Source: a virus
Lineage: Duplodnaviria; Caudoviricetes
Virus record (IMG/VR): IMGVR_UViG_3300031628_000027
Span: 1-28,826 of that record
Length of the DNA stretch: 28,826 bases
Strand: one strand, 5' to 3'
Shown here: piece by piece, positions 9,346 to 17,342 of the stretch
Position numbering within the stretch: the stretch's first letter is position 1
Layout of the letters: each line of letters begins with the position of its first letter
Program-made: the position numbers and the translations under genes
Notes under the pieces: model-generated
Seen by the model: only the letters and a program-made list of their open reading frames with translations
Told to the model about the DNA's origin: nothing
The model's database searches: none

Positions 9346-11190
9346 TTAATCTATATGTGTTTTAAAATTATCGTGAGATGCATGTCCATGAGACTGCATT
9401 TTCTCTTTGTCTACTGGCTTACCAGACATATATTTATTTAAAAATTTATGTGCGTGATGTGCCTTAACTTTATGTGTTTTTCCATCTTGGAATTTAACAC
9501 CATCATGTTTATCACCTAGACTAATAGCTTTTCTTAATTGAGCTACTATGTGGTCTGGGCCTTTATTATCTGAACCATCATGCTTAGACTTACCTGCTTT
9601 AGGTGGGTCCTTTTTAGTTGGTGCCAATCCATGTGAATCTTTGGCAATGTCTCTCATTGCGTCTTCTTTGGCGCCTTCTTGCACGTCGTTGTCAAAGTGA
9701 TTGCCTGTGCCTTGATTCAGTTCCATTGAAGGATCTGTTACTAAAGGTACATCTGATACTTGTGCAGTATGTCCGCCTCTTAATACGTCTCTAACTGTTG
9801 CGTGAACATCTCTAATAGCTTGATTAGGATTGAATGCCTTCTTAACTGCTTTCTGATGAGGTGTATCTGTATCTGTTTCTTCGCTTTCTTTCATAGCCTT
9901 TTTAATCGCTTTGTCTTTAGAACCAAAGTACTCATCTTTTTTAGTTTCTACTTTGCCGTCACCATCATGGTCTTTCTTAGCAATTTTAGATTCTGTTTTA
10001 AATGTCTTTGTACCGTCGGCTCTTTTAGTTACTTTCTTCTCAGGATATGCTAAAGTTTTTTTGCCGTGTGCGCCTTGCTTGTCCAACCAGTTTGGATCTG
10101 CTCGTTTTCTTTTTCCTTCACCGCTGTCGTCAAAGTAACCATGTCCATGGGCGTAATCTTTAAGTGCGCCTTCTTCTAATGGGTTTTCCACTTGTTCGTT
10201 AGCATGCTTGAGATGTTGTAAAACTTCTGGGTGGGATGAAAGGCCGGGCTTTATTTTATCCATTGCATTAGCTGCTCCGGTATAATTAGTGCCTCGATAT
10301 CTCTTGTCAAAGGCTATGCCTTTAGCCATTTTAATATGTTTGTCTGAGTATGTAGCTTCTTCTACATGCTTGAATAAAGATCCTTTAATAGATTCTGGAA
10401 TGTCTCTAACATTGTCTACTTTGTTGTTAGCCAATGCTCGTTCTAAATTTTCTTTATACAATTCGTTAAACGCTTCTAGTTCTTCTGAAACGCCAGCTTT
10501 TTGTTTCTCTTTTCTAAGAGCTGCTGGTAGAGCCTTTAACTTGTCTTCTTTAGATCGTTTGCCGAACTTTCTGCCAAGCCTGTTAGCTCGCTGTCTCATG
10601 CCTTCTGAATCTAAATCTGAAATAAGACCTTCTTTAATAGAAGGTTTAGAATCTTGTTTAATGGTTGGTTCGTCTATTTTAGGTTTGACTGAACCACCTT
10701 GTACTGGACGCTCATCATGCTCGCCTTCATGTTTGTCTGAAGGTCTATTAGCAGCTATTGCGTGTTCCTTTTGTGTTTGGACTTCATCGTCCTTTTGTTG
10801 ATCTCTGGCTTGCTTAGAAGAACCTTTCTTTTTAACTTTGTCGTCACGTTTAGCTTCTTCGTCGTCCTCAGAGCCATCAAAAACTTTTACATCTTCTTCG
10901 CTCATTGTAATCTCCTCGGTTTGATATTTTGTTTTTTGAGTGTGTAACCTAGCTCTATTATAAGTGACGTCGTCTCCAAATTGAAACCCCATCATTTTAT
11001 CCAATAAACTTGACAATGCTTCTCTCTCATAAGGAGCGAGAATTTTACCCATTTTAATATTAGCTAATGCTCTATGTAATATCGGTAATTGTCTAGCTGG
11101 CATCATGCCTTGTCTAATTAACTTATCCAGACGCTGTGTTTGGGTCTCAGATTCTAGTAGAATATTTAGATTATTTCTTAACTCATTCAT
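9346..11190 (-). CDS. Putative internal head polyprotein (modular, charged, likely protease-processed)
   Basis: Late promoter. K/D/E/H-rich modules are separated by xxE junctions (LLES, IKEG, VSEE, VEEA, LEEG, MKES, VQEG). Contains a DHDGDGKVE EF-hand-like module. Confidence 0.6.
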   Translation of the reverse strand: MNELRNNLNILLESETQTQRLDKLIRQGMMPARQLPILHRALANIKMGKILAPYEREALSSLLDKMMGFQFGDDVTYNRARLHTQKTKYQTEEITMSEEDVKVFDGSEDDEEAKRDDKVKKKGSSKQARDQQKDDEVQTQKEHAIAANRPSDKHEGEHDERPVQGGSVKPKIDEPTIKQDSKPSIKEGLISDLDSEGMRQRANRLGRKFGKRSKEDKLKALPAALRKEKQKAGVSEELEAFNELYKENLERALANNKVDNVRDIPESIKGSLFKHVEEATYSDKHIKMAKGIAFDKRYRGTNYTGAANAMDKIKPGLSSHPEVLQHLKHANEQVENPLEEGALKDYAHGHGYFDDSGEGKRKRADPNWLDKQGAHGKKTLAYPEKKVTKRADGTKTFKTESKIAKKDHDGDGKVETKKDEYFGSKDKAIKKAMKESEETDTDTPHQKAVKKAFNPNQAIRDVHATVRDVLRGGHTAQVSDVPLVTDPSMELNQGTGNHFDNDVQEGAKEDAMRDIAKDSHGLAPTKKDPPKAGKSKHDGSDNKGPDHIVAQLRKAISLGDKHDGVKFQDGKTHKVKAHHAHKFLNKYMSGKPVDKEKMQSHGHASHDNFKTHID

Positions 11191-11195
11191 ACTTG

Positions 11196-11203
11196 TATTT
11201 ATA
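11196..11203 (-). promoter_or_regulatory. T4-type late promoter TATAAATA
   Basis: Exact match, 5 nt before the ATG at 11190. Confidence 0.8.
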
Positions 11204-11212
11204 CATCGTAGA

Positions 11213-12778
11213 CTATTGATTTAACTTTTTCTTAATATATGATTGAATGAACTCTGCAGCTAACTCTTTAGGTAGTGGCAAACTATCCTTAGGTTTGCTC
11301 ATATCTGACCACTTGTACTCTGGGTTAATTAACCAATTATGATATGAAAACGGCAATGGTGGTTCTACTTCTAAAGCAGGCCCTGGGACGTACCATTCAT
11401 GTTCTAAGTAGTTTAACATTTGATATAGATTAGTTGTAGCACTTTTCCAATTCATGAAAGACATCTCTTCTTGGAATGTACTCTCTTCTGTATTGTATAC
11501 TACTTTACCGTCTTGTTCGTCTTCTCTAAATTTTATACCTCTGTACAGATTTCCGAACCTTCCTTGAGGTCCGTCTTCCCAGAATCCATTACTAGACTCT
11601 TCCATTGTTGTCTTTTGGAATCCATACTTACCGGGGTCCATGGCAAACCTACTCTGTTCCTCATATATCCTATGTTGATCTGGAATCCATAAAGGCATTA
11701 TTTGTGATGATTGCCCTACCCAATTATTGTCTATCCATTTCTTTGTTTCCCTAAGAGTATCTAGAGTTTCGTGTGGTAGTCCTGCAATTAAACTTAAATG
11801 TGCTTGAAAGTATCCTCTACTCTCCATGTGTTCTTTATATGCTAATAGGCCGTCTTGTAGTTTGCCTGAGTGCATGCCTTTACCTACAGATTTCGCTGAG
11901 GGTGTGTTAAAAGATTCTATACCATAGAACTGAGATGTTAACCCTATGTCTTCTATCATTTGCCAATCTTTAGGTTTAGATACTAACAAGTCTCCACGAA
12001 TATAACCTGTCATATTAGGTTTGAATGGTAGCTTCTTAATAGCTCCTGCAAATCTCTCTAATTTCTCTGTGTAATCGTTGACTGTTTCATCAGATATAGA
12101 GTAATTAGTTGTACCCCATCTGTTGTAATTTTCCAACAGCTCATCGTGTAGGTTGTCCTCAGACCTGCTGTGATCGTCTTTAATGTTCCTGTATGTGAGG
12201 GTACAAAAGTGGCAGTTAAATATACAACCACGCCCAAACTCTACTGTGAGGACCTCCTGTGGCTCTATATAGTCCCTATCCTCGTAATGCGTACTTAGGT
12301 CTTTCATACGCGCTGCCATGTAGTTGTGGGTAGCGTCTACGCGCCTAAATGAGTGTCCATTTAGCCATTTATGTTCTGTATATGTGGGGTTGCCTTTAAG
12401 AATAGCATCCATAGCCAATTCACCGTACCCATGTACCATGTAATCTAGTGGTAGTCCTTCACAATTATGGAATGCTTGAGAGCCTCCGATGATTAGAATA
12501 TCTGGGTATTCCACTTTAAACCATCTGGCAAATTCAAATAGGGTTTTGAATCGTATTGAGAATGTAGCGCTAAGTCCTAAGAATTTTGTGTCCTTAGATA
12601 CTCGTTGTTTAGCAAATTGTTGTAATTGTTCTAATGTCCACGATTGAACAAAGTCCAGAACTTCAACGTCCCATCCTTGTCTCCGTAGATGTGTTGCTAT
12701 CTTATGTGCGCCGGGTGCTCGTTTGATTGAATCATAATAATAATCAACCACACCACCTAATATAATTCCGTGGTTCAT
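11213..12778 (-). CDS. Cobalamin-binding radical SAM protein (class B methyltransferase-like)
   Basis: N-terminal B12-binding-like region (GAHKIATHLR..DVEVLDF, IIGGS, HGYGE), RGCIFNCHFC (CxxxCxxC), SDETVN, YGIESF and LIAGLPHET. Confidence 0.88.
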   Translation of the reverse strand: MNHGIILGGVVDYYYDSIKRAPGAHKIATHLRRQGWDVEVLDFVQSWTLEQLQQFAKQRVSKDTKFLGLSATFSIRFKTLFEFARWFKVEYPDILIIGGSQAFHNCEGLPLDYMVHGYGELAMDAILKGNPTYTEHKWLNGHSFRRVDATHNYMAARMKDLSTHYEDRDYIEPQEVLTVEFGRGCIFNCHFCTLTYRNIKDDHSRSEDNLHDELLENYNRWGTTNYSISDETVNDYTEKLERFAGAIKKLPFKPNMTGYIRGDLLVSKPKDWQMIEDIGLTSQFYGIESFNTPSAKSVGKGMHSGKLQDGLLAYKEHMESRGYFQAHLSLIAGLPHETLDTLRETKKWIDNNWVGQSSQIMPLWIPDQHRIYEEQSRFAMDPGKYGFQKTTMEESSNGFWEDGPQGRFGNLYRGIKFREDEQDGKVVYNTEESTFQEEMSFMNWKSATTNLYQMLNYLEHEWYVPGPALEVEPPLPFSYHNWLINPEYKWSDMSKPKDSLPLPKELAAEFIQSYIKKKLNQ

Positions 12779-12783
12779 AATGT

Positions 12784-12791
12784 TATTTATG
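12784..12791 (-). promoter_or_regulatory. Variant late promoter CATAAATA
   Basis: One mismatch to TATAAATA, 5 nt before the ATG at 12778, which is the same spacing as the other late promoters. Confidence 0.6.
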
Positions 12792-12796
12792 TAGGT

Positions 12797-14173
12797 CTAG
12801 CCTACTGAATATGAGAATGCTTTATATGCCTTACTTGCCTTCTTAAGAGTCGGTCCACCTGAAGCATGGGCTGACTTAAATTTCTTAGCCTTAGGTGCTT
12901 TATATTTACCACCTGATTTAATCTTATATCGCTTTGCCTTTTGTGAAGATGCTGAACGTACTGGTTTAGCTGCTTTATACTTCTTACTATGTCCTGGACG
13001 TTTCTTACCTCTTCCTGTAAGACGTTTAATTTCATTCTTCCTCATTTGAGGTAATAGTTTAATAGATATACGACTAACTAACGGAGCAAACTTCTTAATC
13101 ATTCTTTCTAAACGAGCCTTCTCTGCAGGTGGTAAAGCACTTCTATCCCTACCCCTTAGTAGTCGTTTGTATACCATAAGCCTAGCTCCACGTGTTGCTC
13201 TCTTCTTCAGTCTGTCTGGAGTAGAACCACGTCTTAAAGCTATGTTCCTTGCAACTCTTAATTTTTGTTTGTTACGTCTAGCATTGAATCGTCTTTTTAA
13301 ACGACCTTGTACTGATAGAACTTCCGTTATGTCTATATCATTTAACGGATCGCCATCGTAGTCTTCATCTTCTAGTTCGTCATCGTCATATAAACCTAAG
13401 TCTACTGCTTTATCGAATGTAAAACTCTCTGCTTCTTTTTCTAAATCTGTTACGTCGTTGTCTTCTATATACCATTCGCCATCTTTACCTGTTAGCCAAT
13501 GATCGTCATCTCCTGTATCGAATGTTTCTAATTCGTTGTTAATAGGATACCGGTGTTTACTGTGGTCTGCTTGTTTGTCAGATATGTGGTCAAACCCTAC
13601 AAAGTTAGCAGGATCTGCGTATCTCATATTGAAGTCTTCAACATGACATGCTTCTAATACTGATTTGTAAACAGACTTCTTAGGACGCCATGTTTGTTTT
13701 TCATTCTCAGGCTTTCTAGCTTTAATTGGTAATGGCTTTAATGGTAGTGATTTTTTACCTTCACCTGGTGTTAAGGATTTGTAGTAAGCTGTTCCTTGAG
13801 GTGTTCCCCACTCATGTCCGCCTGGTGTAGGATTGTATCTAACATCTTCTGTTGTAAACCCTTCAGGTTTGCCATTAATGTATTTGCGTACGTCTTGCTT
13901 AGGCTTCTTCGCTGCCACCATAGATGCTCTGGCTGAGTCTATCATTCTCTTATCATGTTTCTTAAGAGTTTCTTTTTGTTTGGCATTTTTATCTTGCCAG
14001 TGGCCTTCTTTCTGAGTAGTTAACGCATCGTAGTCTACCTTTTTATTGAGGGAGACTTTGTAATCTTTAATCGATTTGAATTTACTTCTGTCTACTTTGA
14101 TGCCAGATTTCAATCTATCTTCAGGTTTAGGAATTTTGCCTGCCCACATGGCAGCTACATTTTCTTTCTGCAT
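12797..14173 (-). CDS. Internal head/prohead-core-like basic protein, probably the -1 frameshift extension of 14257..15717
   Basis: The frame stays open upstream to 14278 and has no late promoter or well-spaced SD before ATG 14173. It has an acidic middle and a very Arg/Lys-rich C-terminal module (EVLSVQGRLKRR...). Confidence 0.6.
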   Translation of the reverse strand: MQKENVAAMWAGKIPKPEDRLKSGIKVDRSKFKSIKDYKVSLNKKVDYDALTTQKEGHWQDKNAKQKETLKKHDKRMIDSARASMVAAKKPKQDVRKYINGKPEGFTTEDVRYNPTPGGHEWGTPQGTAYYKSLTPGEGKKSLPLKPLPIKARKPENEKQTWRPKKSVYKSVLEACHVEDFNMRYADPANFVGFDHISDKQADHSKHRYPINNELETFDTGDDDHWLTGKDGEWYIEDNDVTDLEKEAESFTFDKAVDLGLYDDDELEDEDYDGDPLNDIDITEVLSVQGRLKRRFNARRNKQKLRVARNIALRRGSTPDRLKKRATRGARLMVYKRLLRGRDRSALPPAEKARLERMIKKFAPLVSRISIKLLPQMRKNEIKRLTGRGKKRPGHSKKYKAAKPVRSASSQKAKRYKIKSGGKYKAPKAKKFKSAHASGGPTLKKASKAYKAFSYSVG

Positions 14174-14223
14174 CGAAGCGTCTTGGTGTTTCCACCAATT
14201 GTGATCGTCTTTTTTGGAGAGTG

Positions 14224-14281
14224 CCTTTAAATCCTTGTGAGCGGATTTAGGAATTTTTAATTTTTTTTTTGCGAATCCTTA
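14224..14281 (-). promoter_or_regulatory. Candidate programmed -1 frameshift/slippage cassette
   Basis: The minus strand reads TAAGGA-TTCGC-A10-TTAAAAATT-CC-TAAATCC-gctcacaa-GGATTTA-aa-GG. The 0-frame stop comes immediately after the A run, and the -1 frame stays open for 487 codons. Confidence 0.6.
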
Positions 14282-15717
14282 AGTGGGTTCTTGCCAATCT
14301 TATTTTTGCTGGCATCCACTTTAAGTCCTGTATCGTTTTCTGCTGTTTTAATAGTGTCACGTACTTTATCTAGTCCACGTCTTACCATAGCCCCTACACC
14401 TTCTTGTTGGTTTAGGTTTGTTACTAGTTGTCTCTGTGCTTCTTTAATACCGTACTCTTCAGGACGTCTTTCGTGTTGTTTCTTAATCGCTGCAGTCTTA
14501 CCTTTTTGTGAAACGTCGCCAGTTCCTTTTTGAAACTTAGCGCCTGGGTGCAGTTTATAAGTCTTCATACCACCTTTGTCGTCATCAATGCGTTTTGTTG
14601 CTTGTGGATTGTCATCTGGATGTTTAGATGCCATTCTCTTTTTAAATATCTCTTTAGATGAAGCTTCTTTAATACCTGTAGCAGCTCCACGTCCATGTTT
14701 AGCAAATACACCATGTGCTGGTTGTTTCTTTGGCGACTGCCTATTGGCTCTCATAGCTGCCATTTGTTTCTCTGGACTTAGTTTAGGCAATGTATCAGGC
14801 TCTTTCTCATCTGCCTTCATGTCTTTAGCATTGTAGCCTTCAGACCAATCTTTTCTAACATACTCTTTTCCACCAGCTCCAATGTCCGTTACTTTTGTTT
14901 TAATAGGGCTGTTGTATTTAATCTTAATCATCTTAAGACTATCTTTCTTTGTGCTGTGTACTATCGGTTTCTTAGCTTCCATTACTTTTTCGCCGGGTTC
15001 ACCGTTTACTTTAGGAGACTCAGATGGCAACCCTGCCTTCTTAAGTTTTTCCTTTGTACGTTTGTCTGAAATTTCTGGATTGTAATTGTCTCTTGAAGAC
15101 TCGTTTGCTTGTGCTCGTTTAGCTATTTTCTTTGTAGCTCTAATAACGCCTTTGGCTCTTTGGACACTTTTCATGTCTTCTTTCTCGCCTGCGTCAAAAT
15201 CATCTGAATGTGCTAATTTGTGAGCTCCTTTAGAAGCCAAATTACCTACTGATTTTTTACTTAAAGGTGATACTGATTTTCTAATATAATTAGATAGTGT
15301 TTGTGTTTTTAGCTCTGTGATATTATGTGATCCACCACAATGCTTACAAGAAGAGTCACATCCGCATGATCCTTTGTCGTCAATCTTACTATCACAACAT
15401 GAACATGTATCGCCTGCTTTTTCTTCTGTGTACTGCTTTAGGCCTGGCTTGTCTTTGTTGAATTTTGATTTGTATTCAGTTGACTGTCTTTCAGGATACT
15501 TCTTTCTTGTTTTAGGATCTTCTGCGTCAGGATGGCCTTGTGATACTGTATAAGCTATCCCTGTAGGACCTCTGCCTTTCTCTTCTTTCATCTTTATAGA
15601 TTTGAGCTCTTTAACTTCGTTGTCCTTGGCAATGTTTTTCAACAATGTGCTTGAAACAGGTTTCTTTAATGGTCGACCTGATGCTAAGTGTTCTCTTATC
15701 TCTTTAAATGTCTTCAT
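14257..15717 (-). CDS. Putative internal head polyprotein with a CTS-like N-terminus
   Basis: Starts MKTFKEIRE (compare the T4 internal-protein CTS MKTYQEFIAE). Lys-rich modules are separated by xxE sites (MKEE, YTEE, ITEL, ANES, VMEA, WSEG, IKEA twice, QQEG). Late promoter. Confidence 0.65.
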   Translation of the reverse strand: MKTFKEIREHLASGRPLKKPVSSTLLKNIAKDNEVKELKSIKMKEEKGRGPTGIAYTVSQGHPDAEDPKTRKKYPERQSTEYKSKFNKDKPGLKQYTEEKAGDTCSCCDSKIDDKGSCGCDSSCKHCGGSHNITELKTQTLSNYIRKSVSPLSKKSVGNLASKGAHKLAHSDDFDAGEKEDMKSVQRAKGVIRATKKIAKRAQANESSRDNYNPEISDKRTKEKLKKAGLPSESPKVNGEPGEKVMEAKKPIVHSTKKDSLKMIKIKYNSPIKTKVTDIGAGGKEYVRKDWSEGYNAKDMKADEKEPDTLPKLSPEKQMAAMRANRQSPKKQPAHGVFAKHGRGAATGIKEASSKEIFKKRMASKHPDDNPQATKRIDDDKGGMKTYKLHPGAKFQKGTGDVSQKGKTAAIKKQHERRPEEYGIKEAQRQLVTNLNQQEGVGAMVRRGLDKVRDTIKTAENDTGLKVDASKNKIGKNPLKDSQKKN

Positions 15718-15722
15718 ACTCT

Positions 15723-15730
15723 TATTTATA
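15723..15730 (-). promoter_or_regulatory. T4-type late promoter TATAAATA
   Basis: Exact match, 5 nt before the ATG at 15717. Confidence 0.8.
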
Positions 15731-15735
15731 CACGA

Positions 15736-16137
15736 TTAGTCTTTGGACTTTGTGTCTTCCAAAACTATTTCCGCTTTAACTCCTGTAATAGATTGTTCGT
15801 AATATACAATAATTGTCTTCTGTTGCTCTATGTAGCGTTTAAGCTCTCCCATGTTCATTGAAAGGTTCTCATAGTCTGGGACGCTCATTGCAAAGTATAC
15901 TAGACTACCACCATTTTCCTTTGCAAATTTAGCTTTAAACTCTTCAAAGTTTGCCTCAGTTACAGCATAAAACTGTAATGGATACAGGGATAAACCTTTA
16001 GGGTGTCCTTGTATTGGTATTTGTTTCTCTATAAATTTTGTCTGTATTTCTACCTGATTTGGTATAAGACTACAACCACTACTAATTATCAGTAGCAGTG
16101 CTAGACTCGAGATCCGCAAGAATCTTTGCTGTTCCAC
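15736..16137 (-). CDS. o-spanin-like outer-membrane lipoprotein (Rz1-like)
   Basis: Signal peptide with lipobox LLLIISSG-C. The GTG start has an AGGAGG SD, and the ORF overlaps the 3' end of the i-spanin candidate. Confidence 0.7.
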   Translation of the reverse strand: MEQQRFLRISSLALLLIISSGCSLIPNQVEIQTKFIEKQIPIQGHPKGLSLYPLQFYAVTEANFEEFKAKFAKENGGSLVYFAMSVPDYENLSMNMGELKRYIEQQKTIIVYYEQSITGVKAEIVLEDTKSKD

Positions 16138-16450
16138 TATTCACCCTCCTTTCAATTAACCCAGGTTTTCTTAGGGTCAACATTGTTAAATCATGTTCTC
16201 TAAATTTCTTAGCTAGATTATCACCATAAGCTTCTGATGCTTTTAGTTTTATACCTAACTCCTTTGTAAGCGCCTGATTTTTTTCAAAATCCTCAGCTAG
16301 CTTATCTATTGTTTGCTGACTTGTTTGAGCTGCTATTGATAGTTTAGCATTGTTCTCGGTTAAAACAGTAAGTCTTTTCTCTGTCAACCAGTAGTAACCA
16401 CCAAAAGCCATTGCCATTGCAAGTATAATACCGATTAATATCTTGCTCAT
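16082..16450 (-). CDS. i-spanin-like protein (Rz-like)
   Basis: N-terminal TM helix (ILIGIILAMAMAFGGYYW) followed by a coiled coil. The start is likely 16450 (ATGA overlap with the upstream stop); the alternative is 16465. Confidence 0.7.
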   Translation of the reverse strand: MSKILIGIILAMAMAFGGYYWLTEKRLTVLTENNAKLSIAAQTSQQTIDKLAEDFEKNQALTKELGIKLKASEAYGDNLAKKFREHDLTMLTLRKPGLIERRVNSGTAKILADLESSTATDN

Positions 16451-16713
16451 TTGGGAGTCTCCCATGGCGAGGCTTCGTCGTACACCTGAGCTTCTAGTTT
16501 ATCTATTCGTTGAGCAAGTAATGGATAATCTGCTCTCCACTTTGCTTCCTTCTTGGCAATTTCTATATCGTATTTTTCTGATAAGTAGAACATAATGTTG
16601 TTTACTTTTACTTGGAACCAAGCACCAACTTTAGTGCTAAAGAACCACTTACTAAATGCGTTTCCAAATACTGCTGTTACACATGCTATAGCTAGTCTAG
16701 TTAATATTAACAA
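16447..16713 (-). CDS. Small membrane-associated protein upstream of the spanins
   Basis: Hydrophobic/amphipathic N-terminus, translationally coupled to the i-spanin. A lysis role is possible but is an inference. Confidence 0.5.
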   Translation of the reverse strand: MLILTRLAIACVTAVFGNAFSKWFFSTKVGAWFQVKVNNIMFYLSEKYDIEIAKKEAKWRADYPLLAQRIDKLEAQVYDEASPWETPK

Positions 16714-17342
16714 TTCCCTGCTCCTTCTGTTAGAAATGTAGCAAAATCCATCATGCCCCTCTCCTCCTTTTGAAGATTCATACCTTCTCGGGTGGCCTTA
16801 AATAAATTCTTAGCATGATCGTCATTATGATTAACATGTAATCCTGCCTTAAATGACTTGTAATCATTGTTACTGGCATGGCTTCTCATTTTAGTGCCAC
16901 TAATACCAGCTACACCTTCTGCATCAGGGTCTCTCTGTCCTGCTGATAAGATGTTTATTTTCTTATAGTTGTATTCTTTTCCATTGTACTTATGAGCCAA
17001 TGCTTTAAATTGTTTTACCCTATCACTACCTACAACCATTGTTGCGTGTGTATGTCCTTCTTGGTGGAACTTTTTAAGTTGTGCTAAGAAGTGTGGGTGT
17101 TCTTTTGTTGAGTGTTCAAAGTTTACATCTGGGTGTACACTCTTTAGGAAGTCTTTTTTATGTTCGTGGTGTAAAGGATTAGATTTCTTATCCTGTGAAT
17201 GACTTACAATAACTGCATGGTTAGCACCAATTGAATCTGCATGAGATTTTACTTTATCTATTACCTTAGAATGTCCAGCAGTTGGAGGGTTCATTCTACC
17301 ATATGAGAATACTATATGTTTATCGTTATTTTCTGTTGTCAT
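16707..17342 (-). CDS. HxGH-family nucleotidyltransferase (phage cytidyltransferase-like), His-rich
   Basis: SYGRMNPPTAGH (T/HxGH), MVVGSDRV, SAGQRDPD and ISGTKMR (KMSKS-like) motifs. Confidence 0.85.
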   Translation of the reverse strand: MTTENNDKHIVFSYGRMNPPTAGHSKVIDKVKSHADSIGANHAVIVSHSQDKKSNPLHHEHKKDFLKSVHPDVNFEHSTKEHPHFLAQLKKFHQEGHTHATMVVGSDRVKQFKALAHKYNGKEYNYKKINILSAGQRDPDAEGVAGISGTKMRSHASNNDYKSFKAGLHVNHNDDHAKNLFKATREGMNLQKEERGMMDFATFLTEGAGNC

